A stretch of DNA of 64,000 bases from Felis catus (taxonomy: Eukaryota). The translations under genes and the position numbers were made by a program. This document shows positions 51,230-64,000 of the stretch, one piece after another. Within the stretch, counting starts at the first letter, position 1. Every line of letters starts with the position of its first letter. The notes beneath the pieces were generated by a model. The model was not told the DNA's origin. It saw only the letters and a list, made by a program, of their open reading frames with translations, and ran no database searches. Location of the stretch: assembly GCF_018350175.1 (NCBI RefSeq), contig NC_058383.1:28398001-28462000 (forward strand). Direction: 5' to 3'.

Positions 51230-51860
51230 CTTTCTTTTTAATTTGTATTCAAGTTAGTTAACATGCATTGTAGCCTTGGCTTCAGGAGCAGGATCCAGTG
51301 ATTCATCACTTCCATACAGCACCCAGCACTGTTGCCGAAAAGTACCCTTCTCAATGCCCATCCCCCAACCCCCTTCCAGCAACCCTCAGTTTGTTCTCTG
51401 TATTGAGGAGTCTCTTATGGTTTGCCTCCCTCTCTGTTTTTGCCTTATTTTTCCTTTCCCTCTCCTATGTTCGTCTGTTAGGTTTCTCAAATTCCACATA
51501 GGAGTGAAGTCTTAGGATATTTGTCTTTCTCTAATTTCACGCAGCATAATACCCTCGCGTCCCTATGAATCAGCACTCCTCTATCCCTTGGGTAAATACT
51601 TAAGAATGCAATTGCTGGGTCGTAGGGTAGTTCTGTTTTTACTATGTTGAGGAACCTCCACACCGTTTTCCAGAGGGGCTGTACCAGCTTGCATTCCCAC
51701 CAACATCTCCGCGTCCTCGCCAACATCTCTTGTTGCCTGAGTTGTCAATGTCAGCCCTTCTGACAGGTGTGAGGTGGTATTTCATTGTGGTTTCGATTGG
51801 TATTTCCCGGATGATGAGTGATGTTGAGCATCTTTCCATGTACCTGTTGGCCATCTGGAT
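51230..51860 (-). mobile_element. Carnivore L1 3' end (internally deleted)
   Basis: aaccctcagtttgttctct...gagtctcttatggtttgcctc; gatgagtgatgttgagcatctttccatgtacctgttggccatctggatg. Confidence 0.85.
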
Positions 51861-51869
51861 GCGACTGTC

Positions 51870-52290
51870 CCCGTTCTCTGGGGCGGCTGTACAAGGAGTT
51901 GCAAATGTCCTGGCCAAAATCCATGGGATTGGTTCTCCCATGCCTCTGCTGGCCTGAAGTCAAGGCGTTGGTGGGATTGCCTCTTTCTGGAGACTCTGGG
52001 GGAGAATCTGGGCCATGCCTGTCTCGTGGCTCCTCGTGGTGGCCTGCAGTCCTGGGCTTGCAGACACGTCACTCTGGGCTCTGCCTCCTTCTTTATGCCT
52101 CTGCCTCCTCCTTCCCCCTGTGTCTCTAATCTCATCTTCCTTTCTCTTAGAAATAAAAACACCCGTTATTAGTTTAGGCTGCACCCCAGGTCTGGAGTCA
52201 TCTTATCTGGAGATCCTTTAATTCCGCTTGTGAGACCCTCTCTCTAAATAAGGTCACCTTCTGAGTTTCGGAGCAGACCTCTCTTTTGGG
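51870..52290. mobile_element. MLT1 (A/B/C-like) LTR
   Basis: ctgaagtcaaggcgttggtggga...ggagactctgggggagaatc; aaataaggtcaccttctgag. Confidence 0.7.
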
Positions 52291-53612
52291 AGGCCACGGT
52301 GACCTTGGCCGGTCACCCCACTTCTGCGTTCTGTTTTCCTCATCTGTAGGGGTGATGTCAGTGCCCACCTCCGGGGCTGCCGTGGGAATTGGATGGGTCG
52401 CTGTCCCGAAGGAGCTCCACACAGGTGTAATGAGCACTCTGGAGGGGGGAGCCGCTGGGGGGCGTCGTGGGTGACCGCTGTTCCTCTCCTGTGTCCTAAG
52501 CTTTGGGGTTAGAATGGTTTCCTCGAGAGCAGTAAAGAGTATTTTTTCGCTGACCATTCTTTGGTGGAATGAGGGAATGGTTATGCCTGCTCCCATCACC
52601 AACATGACCAGGTTAGAAGCAGACGGAGTGACAGGAAGGGTCCCTCCTGTTCTGATTCTCAGTCCCTCAGACCCTCCCCTCGGGGACAGCCACTGTTGGC
52701 CACATCTAGAGTGTGTCTTTGCAGTATATCTGATGCATATACAATATCTGAGGGTGCGTGTGCATATACACATACGTGTGTGTGTGTGGGCATGTGTGTG
52801 CATGCATGTGTATGTATGTTCCTCTTTTTAAAACACAAAAGTCATAGTGCTGTGTTTCCTAGCTGTTTCATTTTTAGCTTAATATATCTTGGTATAGAGA
52901 GTGTTCTGCGTCAGTCTGTAAACGCCTCCCTGGTTCTTTTTCCTGGCTGCCTAATGTGCCAATATACGGCCGTGCCAGAATTTAAATACTAACAGTTACT
53001 TAACTAACTGTTCTTCAGTGGACGGGCCAGTTAAATAGTTTGCTTCTGGCCTTTGCTACTACTGATGTTGTTGGAGTAACCAACTTGGGCGTCTGTCTTT
53101 AGACACAGGTGTGGGTGTTTCTGGAAAGGTATGGGGCGGCCAGGAATCGAAGAAGAAGATGGGGGGTGTAGGTAGCAGTCAGTACAGCTATACTGGAAGA
53201 GGGGACTGTGTGGTGAGGGAGCTCCAATGTGGCAGGGGAGCACTCTGTCTCTCTGTCCTCTGGGTTCCTGGGGCCCTTCTCCCTGCAAGGGAGAGGCAGC
53301 TGAGGCCCATGCTACCACCTCAAGGTGGAAAACGTGAGAGCAAGAAAGACAAAATAAATAGTCTTTTGGTACTTCTGCCTTTTGCTGTGAGGATTTGGCT
53401 CGACCAGGCCACCAAGATGTCCATCTGTAATCTGAGAGAAGAAAAGGAAGACTGACTGGAGGTGGCATAGGATCCATGGAGCTTGCTCATTCATCCCATT
53501 CATCTTGCCCTGTGGTGGGCCACATCTTTCTGTGACATAAATGGCTCCTCTAGATAGGGTCATTACTGTCCTCTCTGTTCCCCAGTGATACACAGGAATG
53601 GCATTCTCCAGT

Positions 53613-54132
53613 TCCATCCATCCGTCCATCCATGTGTCCATCCATCCATCCATCCATCCACCCACCCGCCCACCCATCCATCCATCCATGTATCTACCAA
53701 TTAATCTGTCCATCCATGCATCTGTCCATCCATCCATCCATCCATCCATCCATCCATCCATCCATGCATCTGTCCATCCATCCATCCATCCATCCATCCA
53801 TCCATCCATCCATCCATGTGTCCATCCATCCATCCATCCATCCATGTGTCCATCCATCCATCCATCCATCCATCCATCCATCCATCCACGTATCTACCAA
53901 TTAATCTGTCCATGCATGCATGCATCCTTCCGTCTGTCCATCCATCCATCCATCCATCCATCCATCCATCCATCCATCCATGTATCTACCAATTAATCTG
54001 TTCATCCATGTATCTATCCATGCATCCATCCATCCATCCGTCCACCCGTCTGTCCATCCATCCATCCATCCATACATATATACATACATACATACATGCA
54101 TCTGTCCATGCATCCATGCATGCATGCATCCG

Positions 54133-54165
<33 letters not shown>

Positions 54166-54204
54166 GCATCCATGCATGCATCCATGCATGCATGCATCCA
54201 TCCA
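53613..54204. repeat. Compound (TCCA)n/(TGCA)n/(TACA)n tetranucleotide array, ~590 bp
   Basis: Direct reading; accounts for the HPSI/GWMD ORFs. Confidence 0.97.
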
Positions 54205-54764
54205 GGTACTGGAGATACAATGTTAAACAAAACATACAAGCCCCCACTTCCACAGTAAAACTTGTTTCCAGTATAGGGAGATAGACAATGTGGGCCGGAT
54301 GAGATGGTTCTTAGACCGACCATGACAGTGGTGGTAGGACAGGTTTACAGATTTAGGATCCAATTCTTAGGAAGTGGATCCTTCCAATGCAGAGACCCTT
54401 TCATGCCTGGGTTCCTTCTTCCACCTAGACTTGAGCATAGCTTTTTCCTGGCCTGGGAATAGCCCTCACTCCTTCACGTGGCTGGGTCCGTGCTGGTCTC
54501 CCCAAGCTGCCTTGTCCTCCAGCACCTTCCCGGATCCCCTGCAGCCTGAGCCCCTCAGGACCCACGCTCTATCTCCTGTACTGCAGGAAGCAGAAAGAGC
54601 CCACACTCTGACCCACAGTGCTTCAAAACCCTAGTCAGTCACTGAAGTGGCCGTGTCACTTTGGGCCACCCAACCTCTGTTACCTCAACCTGGAAAGGGT
54701 CGGGATCAAAGGTCACACGTAGGAAGTGCCTGCCACTGTGTCTGTCCCAATAAATAGTAGGTGC

Positions 54765-55045
54765 TGGGTTCAGATCCTGCCTCATCCACTGCTGTGTAAC
54801 TGTGGGCAACTTTTAAGATTTCTGTGTGCCTCAGTTTCTTCATCTGTGTAATGGGAATAAGATAACCTATCTCTAGGGTGTGCGAGGGCTGAATGTGTTA
54901 AAACAGGTCAGTGCTTCAAACAAGACCTGGCACAGAGGAAGTGCTATGTATTACCTGCTACTATGAGATATTTTTAGGGCTCGCCATCATGTCTGATACA
55001 TGGTAGATACCCTGAAAGTATCTGTTGAATGAATGAATAAACAAA
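54765..55045 (+). mobile_element. MIR followed by L2 3' tail
   Basis: gggttcagatcctgcctc...gcctcagtttcttcatctgt; tatctgttgaatgaatgaat. Confidence 0.7.
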
Positions 55046-55764
55046 TCAATTTTTCGCACCTAGATTGAGCTTCCCCATCAAGAAGTGCCCTTCTTCTAGG
55101 TTGGGGGGTAGCTTTAACAAGTTAAACTTTCTGTATCTGGAGCTCAGGGCTGGGGAGCTGAGAGGTCTAGAAACTGAAGGAAGAGAGTTCCAGAACTGGG
55201 TGCTTCTGCCTGAGGATCTCATGGTCCTGTGGGGGCACAGACACAAGCAATGGAAAAAAGCCCACCTGGGACCGAGTGCCTGGGGAGCACAACTACCATG
55301 GGACCAGGGGCACGAAATGTCATATCTGTCTTAGGGAAGGGCAGGAACCAGTGACAGCTCCTGAAGGTCTGCCTGGGAGGAGCTTGGAGGCCGACATTAC
55401 TGAGGGGGCCAGAGGCTTTTCTTGGGGCTTAGTGTCTCTAGCAAGGTTACCTATCTGTGCAAGGTTGACATTGTTGAAGGAGATTTACAGCCAAGCCATC
55501 CCCTGGCTCCCTCTCCATGGGGAAGGCTTCTTGGAAGAGGTGTCATCTTTGAGGCTGAAGGACCAGGAGGTGGTCAGGAAACAAAGAAAGGAAGGCCTGT
55601 GCAGCAGGAGCGATCTGAACAAAAGCAAGAATACGCTTCGTGGGGTCACTGCACATTGAAGTAAAGGACGCATGGGCGCTGAGGCTGGGAGGTGGGCCGG
55701 GCTGGTCACCAGAGGCCTCGGGTGCCCTGCTCTGGAGTACGGGTTTTCTCTAAGGGCACTGGCT

Positions 55765-56550
55765 TATTTTTTTTTTTTTTTAATATTTGTTTTTGAGAGC
55801 GAGACAGTGCATGAGTAGTAGGGGGGCAGAGAGAGAGGGAGACACAGAAACCAAAGCAGGCTCCAGGCTCTGAGCGGTCAGCACAGAGCCCAATGTGGGA
55901 CTCGAACCCACAGTCTGTGAGATCATGACCTGAGCCAAAGTCGGGCGCGTAACCGACTGAGACACCCAGGTGCCCCAGGGCACTGGCGTTTTAAAGACGG
56001 CTTTATTGAGATAATATTTGCGTACCAAAAATTCACCCATTTTTAAGGGTAAACTTTTCAGAGGTTTTTAGTAAACCGACGGTATTATGTAAGCATCACC
56101 CTAATCCGGTTTCAGAACCCCAAATGCCGATTTGCAGTCACCCCACCCCCAGCCCCGGGCAACTGCTGATCTGCTTTTTGACTTTATGGATTTGCCTACT
56201 CTGGACATTTTGTGTAGACATAGTCCTACAATATGTGGCCTCTTGTGTCTGACTTAGCACAGTATTTTCAAGGGTCATCCGTGTTGTAGCTTATGTGACA
56301 AGTATGTCACTGTCTTTATGGCTGAATGATATTCCCTTGTATGAATAGACCACCTGTTGTTTATCCATTCACCAGGTGATGGGCATTTGGGTCCCTTCCA
56401 CTTTTTAGCTCTTACGATAATGCTGCTGTGAATGTTCAGGGGTCCGTCTTGCAGAGATACAGGCTTTTAGTTCTCTTGGGTATATGCCAACAACTGGAGA
56501 GCCGATCACATGGTAAATTTACGTTGGACTCTTTGACAAACTTCTAAAGT
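55765..56550 (-). mobile_element. Can-SINE (55765-55977, TSD agggcactggc) and L1MB 3' fragment (56000-56550)
   Basis: gctttattgagatataattt...tttatccattcaccaggtgatgggcatttggg. Confidence 0.85.
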
Positions 56551-57712
56551 GGGAGAGCGTTAAGTCACTGAGTGATCGGCAGCTCAGTGCATCAGGAAGA
56601 TCGCTGTGAGAGGGGTTTGGAGGGGGATGGGACAAGATCTAGGGAGATCTTTGGCGAGGTGCAGATGGAGAGGGGGATCCATAGAGTGGATTTCAGAAAT
56701 GCCTTCCACTCTGGTGTTGCCCGTCGGCAGACAGGATGCTCTGATTTCTCAGTTACGGTTAATTCGCCAAGGATTGAAGGTGTCCGTAACTCTCCCAGTA
56801 TCCCTCGTAGGAGAGGAAGTGGGTTCCGGAGCCTGGCTCCATCCTCTGAGGCCACTTTAAGAGTAGAAGGTGATCTGTAATGTTTGCTTGATCGTGTTTA
56901 ATCTCACGATGCCCTGTGTCCCCTGCCTGGGTTCTCTGGTGGTCAGCAACGGAGACCAACTTGGCACCTTATCTAGGAAAGGAATGAATGCAGGATTATC
57001 AGGGGGCTCACAGATGGGGTGGGAAGACTGGGGATCCAGCCTCAGAAATGGCGGGGACGGGCTTCTTGGGATCTGGGGGCAGGAAGTAAGGCCCCTCGGG
57101 GCTCTGTCCACCTGCTGTGCGTCCCCATCCACTTGGCTGGGGGACCGAGTGGGGCAGCCCCACCAAAATGGGGTATATGATGCCAGGGGTGGGGCCGGGG
57201 GCACATCTCCTAGAGGAACACGGGATGGTCTTCCCAGAAAAGGAAAATGCTAGGTTTTCAAACCCAAACTGTCCACTTCCCTACATTCCAGGTGCAGGAA
57301 CTGAGGCACGGAGGGGTTAAGACCATTCACCCAACGCCACAGACTTGGAAAGTGGCCGAGTGGGACCCCAGTCTGTTCTATCTGGCAGAGTGAGCTCCTG
57401 GGACCCCCCCCCCACAGCTGGTGGGGCTGGGATGCCCACTGCCTTCTGAACTAGTCAGACTCCAGCAGCTTTCTGGGGCCGCCTCCAGGACTCTCAGGGG
57501 TAGGGAAGAGTATCTAAAAGGGCTTTGCTGCCCTCCTGGCTCTGCTCTTGTCCCCTGTGCCCTGAGCAAAGAGCCCAGTTGGCCCCTTGCCACCTTTGGT
57601 GGGGCCAGTGAGCAGGAGTTTAGGACGGGGGCGGGGGGTGGGGGTGGGGCTGAGGAGGGCCATTAGCTAGGAGCTGATTCTAATTCACGGCCTTTTTCCT
57701 TTCTGTTCTCAG

Positions 57713-57740
57713 ATCGAGAGGACCAGTCCATTCTGTGCAC
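57713..57740 (+). CDS. MYH11: MYH11 exon 4 (28 nt), just before the P-loop exon (exon 5 not seen in the window)
   Basis: Polypyrimidine tract and ag|ATCGAGAGGACCAGTCCATTCTGTGCAC|gtaagt; with the G from exon 3 it reads DREDQSILCT, the myosin II motif preceding GESGAGKT; branch-like CTAAT at 57680-57684. Confidence 0.96.
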
Positions 57741-58254
57741 GTAAGTGGAACTCGTCTTTCCTGTTTTTCTACAGTTGAGGTCCAACCTACTGAAGAAAAA
57801 GGTCTTTGAGGGCAGGTTTCTGGCCCAGAGCAAACTCAGCGTTTGCTCCGCGGATGGCCTCATGCTGAGGCCGGCACAGCCAACCCGTCAGTGATGCCTG
57901 GTTCCATCTTGTTCTGCACCATCCGCCTTTCTAAAACGAGCATTTTGTGCTCGCTTACTGCGTGCCAGGCCCTGAAGCAAATATTTCACAGACGGATTTG
58001 CATCTAATTGCCTAACAGCCCTGTGAAGGGAGAGGGCATCTCTGTGAGGGAGGAAATCTGGGCCTGTGTTAAACTACTGCCCGAAACTCTCACAATCAGC
58101 AACCACATCTGTGCCATATTTAGTGGTTGGTGTCACTGTGTCTTTGGTGAAGGCCCAAAGACGTCGTCAGAAGCTACTACTCAATTTAGAACCATTCAGA
58201 GAATCTTTGACATTCAGGAAAACCCCTCTTGTCATGGGCCGAGCGATGGGCGCC

Positions 58255-58945
58255 CAGCGATCTCCACCTCCTCACTTCTGGAACCCGTGGCCGTGGCAGG
58301 TCACGTGGCCTGGGGGAGTGAAGGTTGCAGATGATATTAAGGTTGCTAATCAGCTGACCTTACAGTAGGGAGATTTTCAAGGTTATCCAGATGGCCCAAT
58401 ATAATCACAAGGTTCTTAAAAGTAGAAGAGAGGGGAGACATCAGGGCAGAGGGCCAGAGATGCGATGGGAGAACCTGACCCAAGGTTGCTGGCTTTGAAG
58501 AGAGAGGACGCCAGGGGTGAGAACAGCTTCTAGAAGCTGGAAAAGACAAGGAGCTGCACTCCTGCCTAGAGCTCCCAGGAAGAAATACAAGCTGGGATGC
58601 CTGGGTGGTTCAGTTGGCTAAGCATCCAACTCTGGCTCAGGTCACGTCTCATGGTTCATGGGTTCGAGCCCCACATCGGGCCCTGCTGTGAGCACAGAGC
58701 CCGCTTCAGATCCTCTGCCCCCCCTCCCCTCCCCCTACTAGTGCGCTCTTTCTCTTTCTCTCTCTCTCAAACTCTCGATCCCTCTCCCTCTCTCTCTCTC
58801 AAAAATAAATACTGAAGAAAATACAACCTCGCCAACACCTTGGTTTTAGCTCACTGAGATCCGTGTCAGACGTCTGACTGCCGCAGTTGTGTGGTCACAG
58901 ATGCCGAGTTTCTAGTAATTTGTTACAGCAGCAACCAGAGGCCCA
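58255..58945. mobile_element. MLT1D-like LTR interrupted by + Can-SINE (58594-58815)
   Basis: ttaaggttgctaatcagctgacctt...gggagatt...aatcacaaggttcttaaaagtagaagag; terminal gtaatttgttacagcagcaa. Confidence 0.8.
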
Positions 58946-59351
58946 TACCCGTCGCTCCCACTTGAACCCATGTATCACTCTCTCCATCATTTGTTACCCA
59001 ACAGACTGAGTGGGCCAGGCCTCCTGGTGACCATTAGGCAGATGGGAAGGAGCCCAAAATAAACAGGATCCCTCTTAAGGATCCCTTTTCTCAAGAGGGA
59101 AACAGCAGGAGGACAATAGTCACATACTTGTCTTTTATGCTCTTTGAATTTATTGCTTCACCCTGTGAAGGGATGACCTTTCAGAAACTAGAAAAAAAAA
59201 TACATACACACTTTTTAAATCACCGAAGTAAATGTATAATGACAAACTGTGAAAGTTACAAAGAATGAAATATATTAGGAACTAGGAGAATGTGTAAATG
59301 GGAGTTGTTCTAACTGGGGAAAATAGGAAAGGCCTCTCCAAAGTAGCGCTG

Positions 59352-61486
59352 TGGCAGGCTCTGTTCTGTCGACGCAGAGCCCGATGCGGGACTTGAACTC
59401 CCGAGCCATGAGATCCTGACTTGAGTCACAATCAAGAGTCGGATGCTTAACTGACTGAGCCACCCAGGTGCCCCTCTTCTGCTGGGCAGAAATGGCAAAG
59501 AAGAAGGGAAGGGAGAGGTTGCAGCATGTGCAAAGGCCCTGGGGTCAGATGCGTCATGTTCTAATTAAGAAACTGAGAGATCAGTTTGGCCTGAGCATGT
59601 CCCCCAGAAGAAGCCCTCTTTCTAGGAAGAGCCATTCCCAGGTCTGGTGGCTTTTATATTTAGTGCATTGGTTTAGGGGAAAAGATCTGCAGCCTGCCTA
59701 TGCTGGCTCAACCACTTACAAAGCATGAGCTCAAATCTTTGTGATGAGTAAACCCTGGGAGAATTTGGGAGAAGAGTTTCATGTGGGGAACAGCAAGGGC
59801 AAAGTTTATGGGGTGTGGGACCATTTGCCTTTTGGGGGACAGAGAAAGTCGAAAGGGCTGGTCAGAAGGGGATGGGCAGGAGGATGTCGTCACAGAGCAG
59901 GGCCTTACAGGCTGGGGTGAGGGTATGGACAAGAGGCAGATCAGATCTTTCTGACTATTCAAGGGGCCCAGAGGTGCCACTTGGGGACATACGCTGGTGC
60001 TGTTAGGGTCTGGGGGGGCTTGCATGAGCCACCTGGGAACCCCCATCCCTGTACTTCCCACTGGGTTGCTCAGACTCAGTGGTGGAAGATGCCAGTGTTG
60101 GGTCATTCTCTCCTCCAGGGGAGGTGGCTCAGGCTGACAGCAGCCTTCTGCCACTCTCCCCCAGGGACAACATTGCCTCTTATAAAACTACAGGGTTTCC
60201 AAAGGTTTTCCACTGGGTTCTTTACCTATGGCCGGTGTTCCCTCCCATGTAGGCTTCCTGCTTTCACCCCATCTCCCCTTATCCCTTCTGCTCTCTTTTT
60301 AATGTTTTTATTTGTTTTTGAGAGAGAGAATGAATAGGGGAGGGGCAGAGAGAGAGGGAGACACAGAATCTGAAGCAGGTTCCAGGCTCCGAGCTGTCAG
60401 CACAGACCCCAATGCGGGGCTCAAACCCACAAACTTTGAGATTATAATCTGAGCTGAAGTCGGACACTTAACCAACTGAGCCACTCAGGTGCACCCTGCT
60501 CTATTTTTTTTAAATGTTTATTTATTTATTTTTGAGAGAGAGAGAGAGAGAGAGAGCAGGGGAGGGGCAGAGAAAGAGGGAGAGAAAGAGAATACTAGGC
60601 AGGCTCTGTGGTGTCACTGCAGAGCCCCATGCGGGGCTTGAACTCCCGAACCATGAGACAGTGACTTGAGTCACAACCAAGAGTTGGATGCTTAACCGAC
60701 CGAGCCACCCAGGTGCCCCGTTGGAATGTTACTATTAATTAAACTGTAGACCTTAGTTTTCACTAGTTTTTCCAGTGTTATCTTGGTCCAGGATCCCATC
60801 CAGAATTACATTGAATCATCATGTCTGCCTGAGCGTCCCCTGGCTGGGACAGTTTCTCGGGCGTTCCTGGTTTTTCATGACCCTGCTGATTTTGAGGACT
60901 GATGGAGGGTTTAGTAGAACGTCGCTCCGTCTGGATTTGTCTGATGTTCTTGGTCATGAGACGGAGGTCATGGTTTTGGGGGAGAATGACACAGGAGTGA
61001 GGTGCCTCCTTCACCCCACCGTGCCAGGGGGCACCTCACATCCACGTGACATCCAGGTGACCTAACTGGCACAGGTTCAACTTCTGGGTTTGGTAGTGAT
61101 ATCTGAGCCAATCGCCCCTTTCCTGGTCAGGTTGCTTTTGGACCATGTCCTGCGTAAAGCCATCTCAGGTACCCCTGGGTGTGGATCCTGCCAGACTTCT
61201 GTCCCCAGATGTGGCTGTACATCAGTTCCTTAGTGACTGGTTCAAGAGATCAAGAAATTGATCCCCTGGCTTCACCCGGAGACTTTTTTTTTGGGGGGGG
61301 GGGCAGAGTCAGGGTTTGTTTATTTATTTTAAAGTTTATTTACTCTATTTGGAGGGGGAGGGGAAGAGAGAGAGGGAGAGGAAGCGTCCCAAGTGGGCTC
61401 TGTGAGGTCAATTTGAACCCACGAACCACGAGATCATGGCTTGATTCGAGTCAAATGCTTAACTGACGGAGCCACCCCGGCGCCCC
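59352..61486 (-). mobile_element. Can-SINEs 59352-59473 (partial), 60295-60496, 60503-60719, 61315-61486; L1MC-like relic 60725-61060
   Basis: Direct reading of SINE motifs; L1MC-type gtccaggatcccatccag motif. Confidence 0.8.
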
Positions 61487-61489
61487 TTG

Positions 61490-62137
61490 ATTATTTTTTT
61501 AATTTGAATTTTAGTTAGTTAATATACAGGGCAGTGTTGGTTTCAGAAGTAGAATTCAGGGGTGCCTGGGTGGCTCAGTCGGCTAAGCGTCCGACTTCAG
61601 CTCAGGTCATGATCTCGCGGTCCGTGAGTTCGAGCCCTGCGTCGGGCTCTGTGCTGACAGCTCAGAGCCTGGAGCCTGTTTCAGATTCTGTGTCTCCCTT
61701 TCTCTCTGACCCTCCCCTGTTCATGCTCTGACTCTGTCTCAAAAATAAATAAATCCTAAAAAAAAATTAAAAAAAAAAAAGAAGTAGAATTCAGTGATTC
61801 ATCACTTGCATTCAACCCGCGGTGCTCATCCCAACAAGTGCCCTCCTCAATGCCCATCCCCCATCTAGCCCATCCCCCGCCCCGCTCCCCCTCCATCACC
61901 CCTGTGTGTTCTCTATCGTTAAGAGTCTCTTGTGGTCTGTTTCCCTTTCTTCTCTACTGCCCCCGTTCCCATATGTTCATCTGTTTGGTTTCTTAAATTC
62001 CCCATGTGAGTAAAATCCTATGATATTTGTCTTTCTCTGGTTGACTTATTTCACTTAGCATATTGCCTTGTAGCTCCATCCATGTCATTGCAAATGGCAA
62101 GACTTCATTCTTTTGTTTTTTAAGTTTATTTATTTAT

Positions 62138-62191
<54 letters not shown>

Positions 62192-62412
62192 CACAAGCCA
62201 GGGAGGGGTAGAGAAAGAAGGAGAGAGAGAATCCCAAACGGGCTCCACGCTGTCAGCGCAGAGCCCAATGTGGGGCTCGAACTCATGGATGGTGAGATCA
62301 CGACTTGAGCCGAAACCAAGAGTCAGACACTTAACTGACTCAGCCACCCGGGCGTCCTTCATTCTTTTTGATGGCTGAGTAATATTCCATTGCGTATATA
62401 TACCACACCTTC
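61490..62412 (-). mobile_element. Carnivore L1 3' end with nested Can-SINEs (61559-61780 +, TSD agaagtagaattcag; 62108-62357 -, long (GA)n)
   Basis: Same L1 3' family as 51230-51560; gacttatttcacttagcata...ttgcaaatggcaaga. Confidence 0.85.
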
Positions 62413-63109
62413 TGACTCAGTGCCTGGGGCAGGGCTGGGCACTCCTGCATTTTTATCTAGTGTGGGGCGCTTGAGAAGCGGGTAGGCCAGCCAGTGATCT
62501 GGGAGGGAGGCAAACACTGTCACAGGCACGCTTGCAGGGGACGCCGAGGGTATGGCTGGATCGGAACTGCGTGCGCCCGTCTGCCTTGGGGTGGAGAGGG
62601 GGTGGCGTGGCCCTGGGAGCAGGGTCCCTGCCAGCAGAGGAAAGGAGCTAAAATGCCACCCCTCTGGGGCCCGTTTGGGAGCCCGGAAGGGGAGGGAGGC
62701 GTGAGCTGGGGGAGGACTAGGGGGTCCTGGAGATTCTGATGCACACTTTGCAGTGGGACCGTCTGGTTCATCCCCCAGATTGCTGACCCCTGGGTGCAGG
62801 CTTTGTGGCAGAAAGACTTCTGGGGCTACCTGTGCCTGCAAGGCTTGAAGAGAGGCCCCTGGTCTCAGCTCCTGGGGAGCCTCGACTGGGAGCAAGTCCA
62901 GCCCAGGATGGGGGTCCTCAGACTGTTAGCCGACTCTCCTGGCTCACGAAGTAAAGCATTTTGTGGGGGGAGGTACTGGGGTCCTTTATGCTCCTAAGTG
63001 ACACTGTCACGACAGTTTGATGCCCTGAGCAGGTCAGCATGAAGCCATTTTGGCTCTAGGACAGGCTAGATTTTCACTTTAGGGGCAGCCCGTGAGCTAG
63101 ACGGGGAAG

Positions 63110-63260
63110 AAGGGAGTCCTGGACTCAGCTCTGCCATGAGAGCCACTTACCCTGTCTGAGCCTCAGTCTCCTCACCTGCAAAATGGACAACTATACCCAC
63201 CTCACAGGGCGGTCGTGAGGAATCAGTGGGTTAATTCACGGAAAGCACTGAGAGCAGGGC
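63110..63260 (+). mobile_element. MIR
   Basis: ctgtctgagcctcagtctcctcacctgcaaaatgg...cctcacagggcggtcgtgagg. Confidence 0.7.
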
Positions 63261-64000
63261 CCGGCGATGCCGTTTTGTGCGCAGTGAACAGAATTGTTAC
63301 TTGTAAGTTACTTGCGAACGCAAGTGCCACTTCCTGCGCAGCCACGAAAGCGGAAGCAAGGGGAAGAGATGCCCGGAGTGACAATGAATGCTAGCGATCC
63401 ATATTCATGATCAGTGTGTCCATATTATCTTGATGCATTGTTAGGCGTGGCCAGGGGTTCTACAGATAGCTGCTTACAAACATTCTTTGTATCCCCAGAC
63501 CAGGATTGACAGAGGCAGATGCTCAGGGGAGCCTGGCAGGTGACAGGAAGGGGTGGGTTAGGCCAGGAGCACAATAGGGAGTGGTGGGGACTGTGGCAAA
63601 TTGGAAGGCTCACGCCCTTTGAGGGGCGGCTGTGGTTCTGTCCCAGACAACTTCTGCCGCAGGAGAACGCTGACCCGGTGTTCCCGGGGCTACGCGGGTC
63701 TTTTCCCCTCTCCAGGAGGATCCAGCTGCCTTCTGTGCGTGCTGGTCTGCCCTTGTGTTTTCTACTCAGCAGTGCCCTCGCAGTGTGTTGTATCTCATCA
63801 GACATAAACCAGCGTCCCTCCTCCTAGTGACTGCCCAGACATGCCGTATTTTATTTACCGCCCCCCCCCCTCCGTGGATTGTAGCTTTGATTGTTTCCGG
63901 ACTTAAGAACTAAATGTAAGCGTGTATATAAGGATATACGTGCGATCAGTCCTTATTATTTACTGATGCCATATTTGCAAATTCATTGCTACTTGCTGAT

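Noticed and set aside
53691..54001. Repeat-spacer pattern superficially like a CRISPR array
   Set aside because: Mammalian intron; the 'spacers' are microsatellite of unequal length and there are no cas genes.
53312..54323. HPSI/GWMD repeat proteins
   Set aside because: Translations of the (TCCA)n array.

Overview
Mammalian genomic DNA, almost certainly from a felid given the dense SINEC_Fc-type Can-SINEs. On the + strand it holds the last coding exon and 3' UTR of CEP20/FOPNL (585-~2360). Next comes the 5' part of MYH11 (smooth-muscle myosin heavy chain): a CpG-island enhancer with three CArG boxes (5668-5901), TATA box (7195), non-coding exon 1 (~7222-7310), and coding exons 2 (24521-24882), 3 (34374-34530) and the 28-nt exon 4 (57713-57740). 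The rest is intron filled with ~45 Can-SINEs, L1/L2/MIR relics, MLT1 LTRs, MER DNA transposons and simple repeats. Nearly all ORFs in the supplied track are spurious. I found no new gene family. The most interesting inferences come from the 17-nt, stop-free leader of MYH11 exon 2: a CEP20-to-MYH11 read-through splice would be in frame, and an exon 2-3 circle (519 nt) would be an endless ORF. Gene identities rest on recalled human protein sequences. Repeat family names and boundaries are by-eye estimates.
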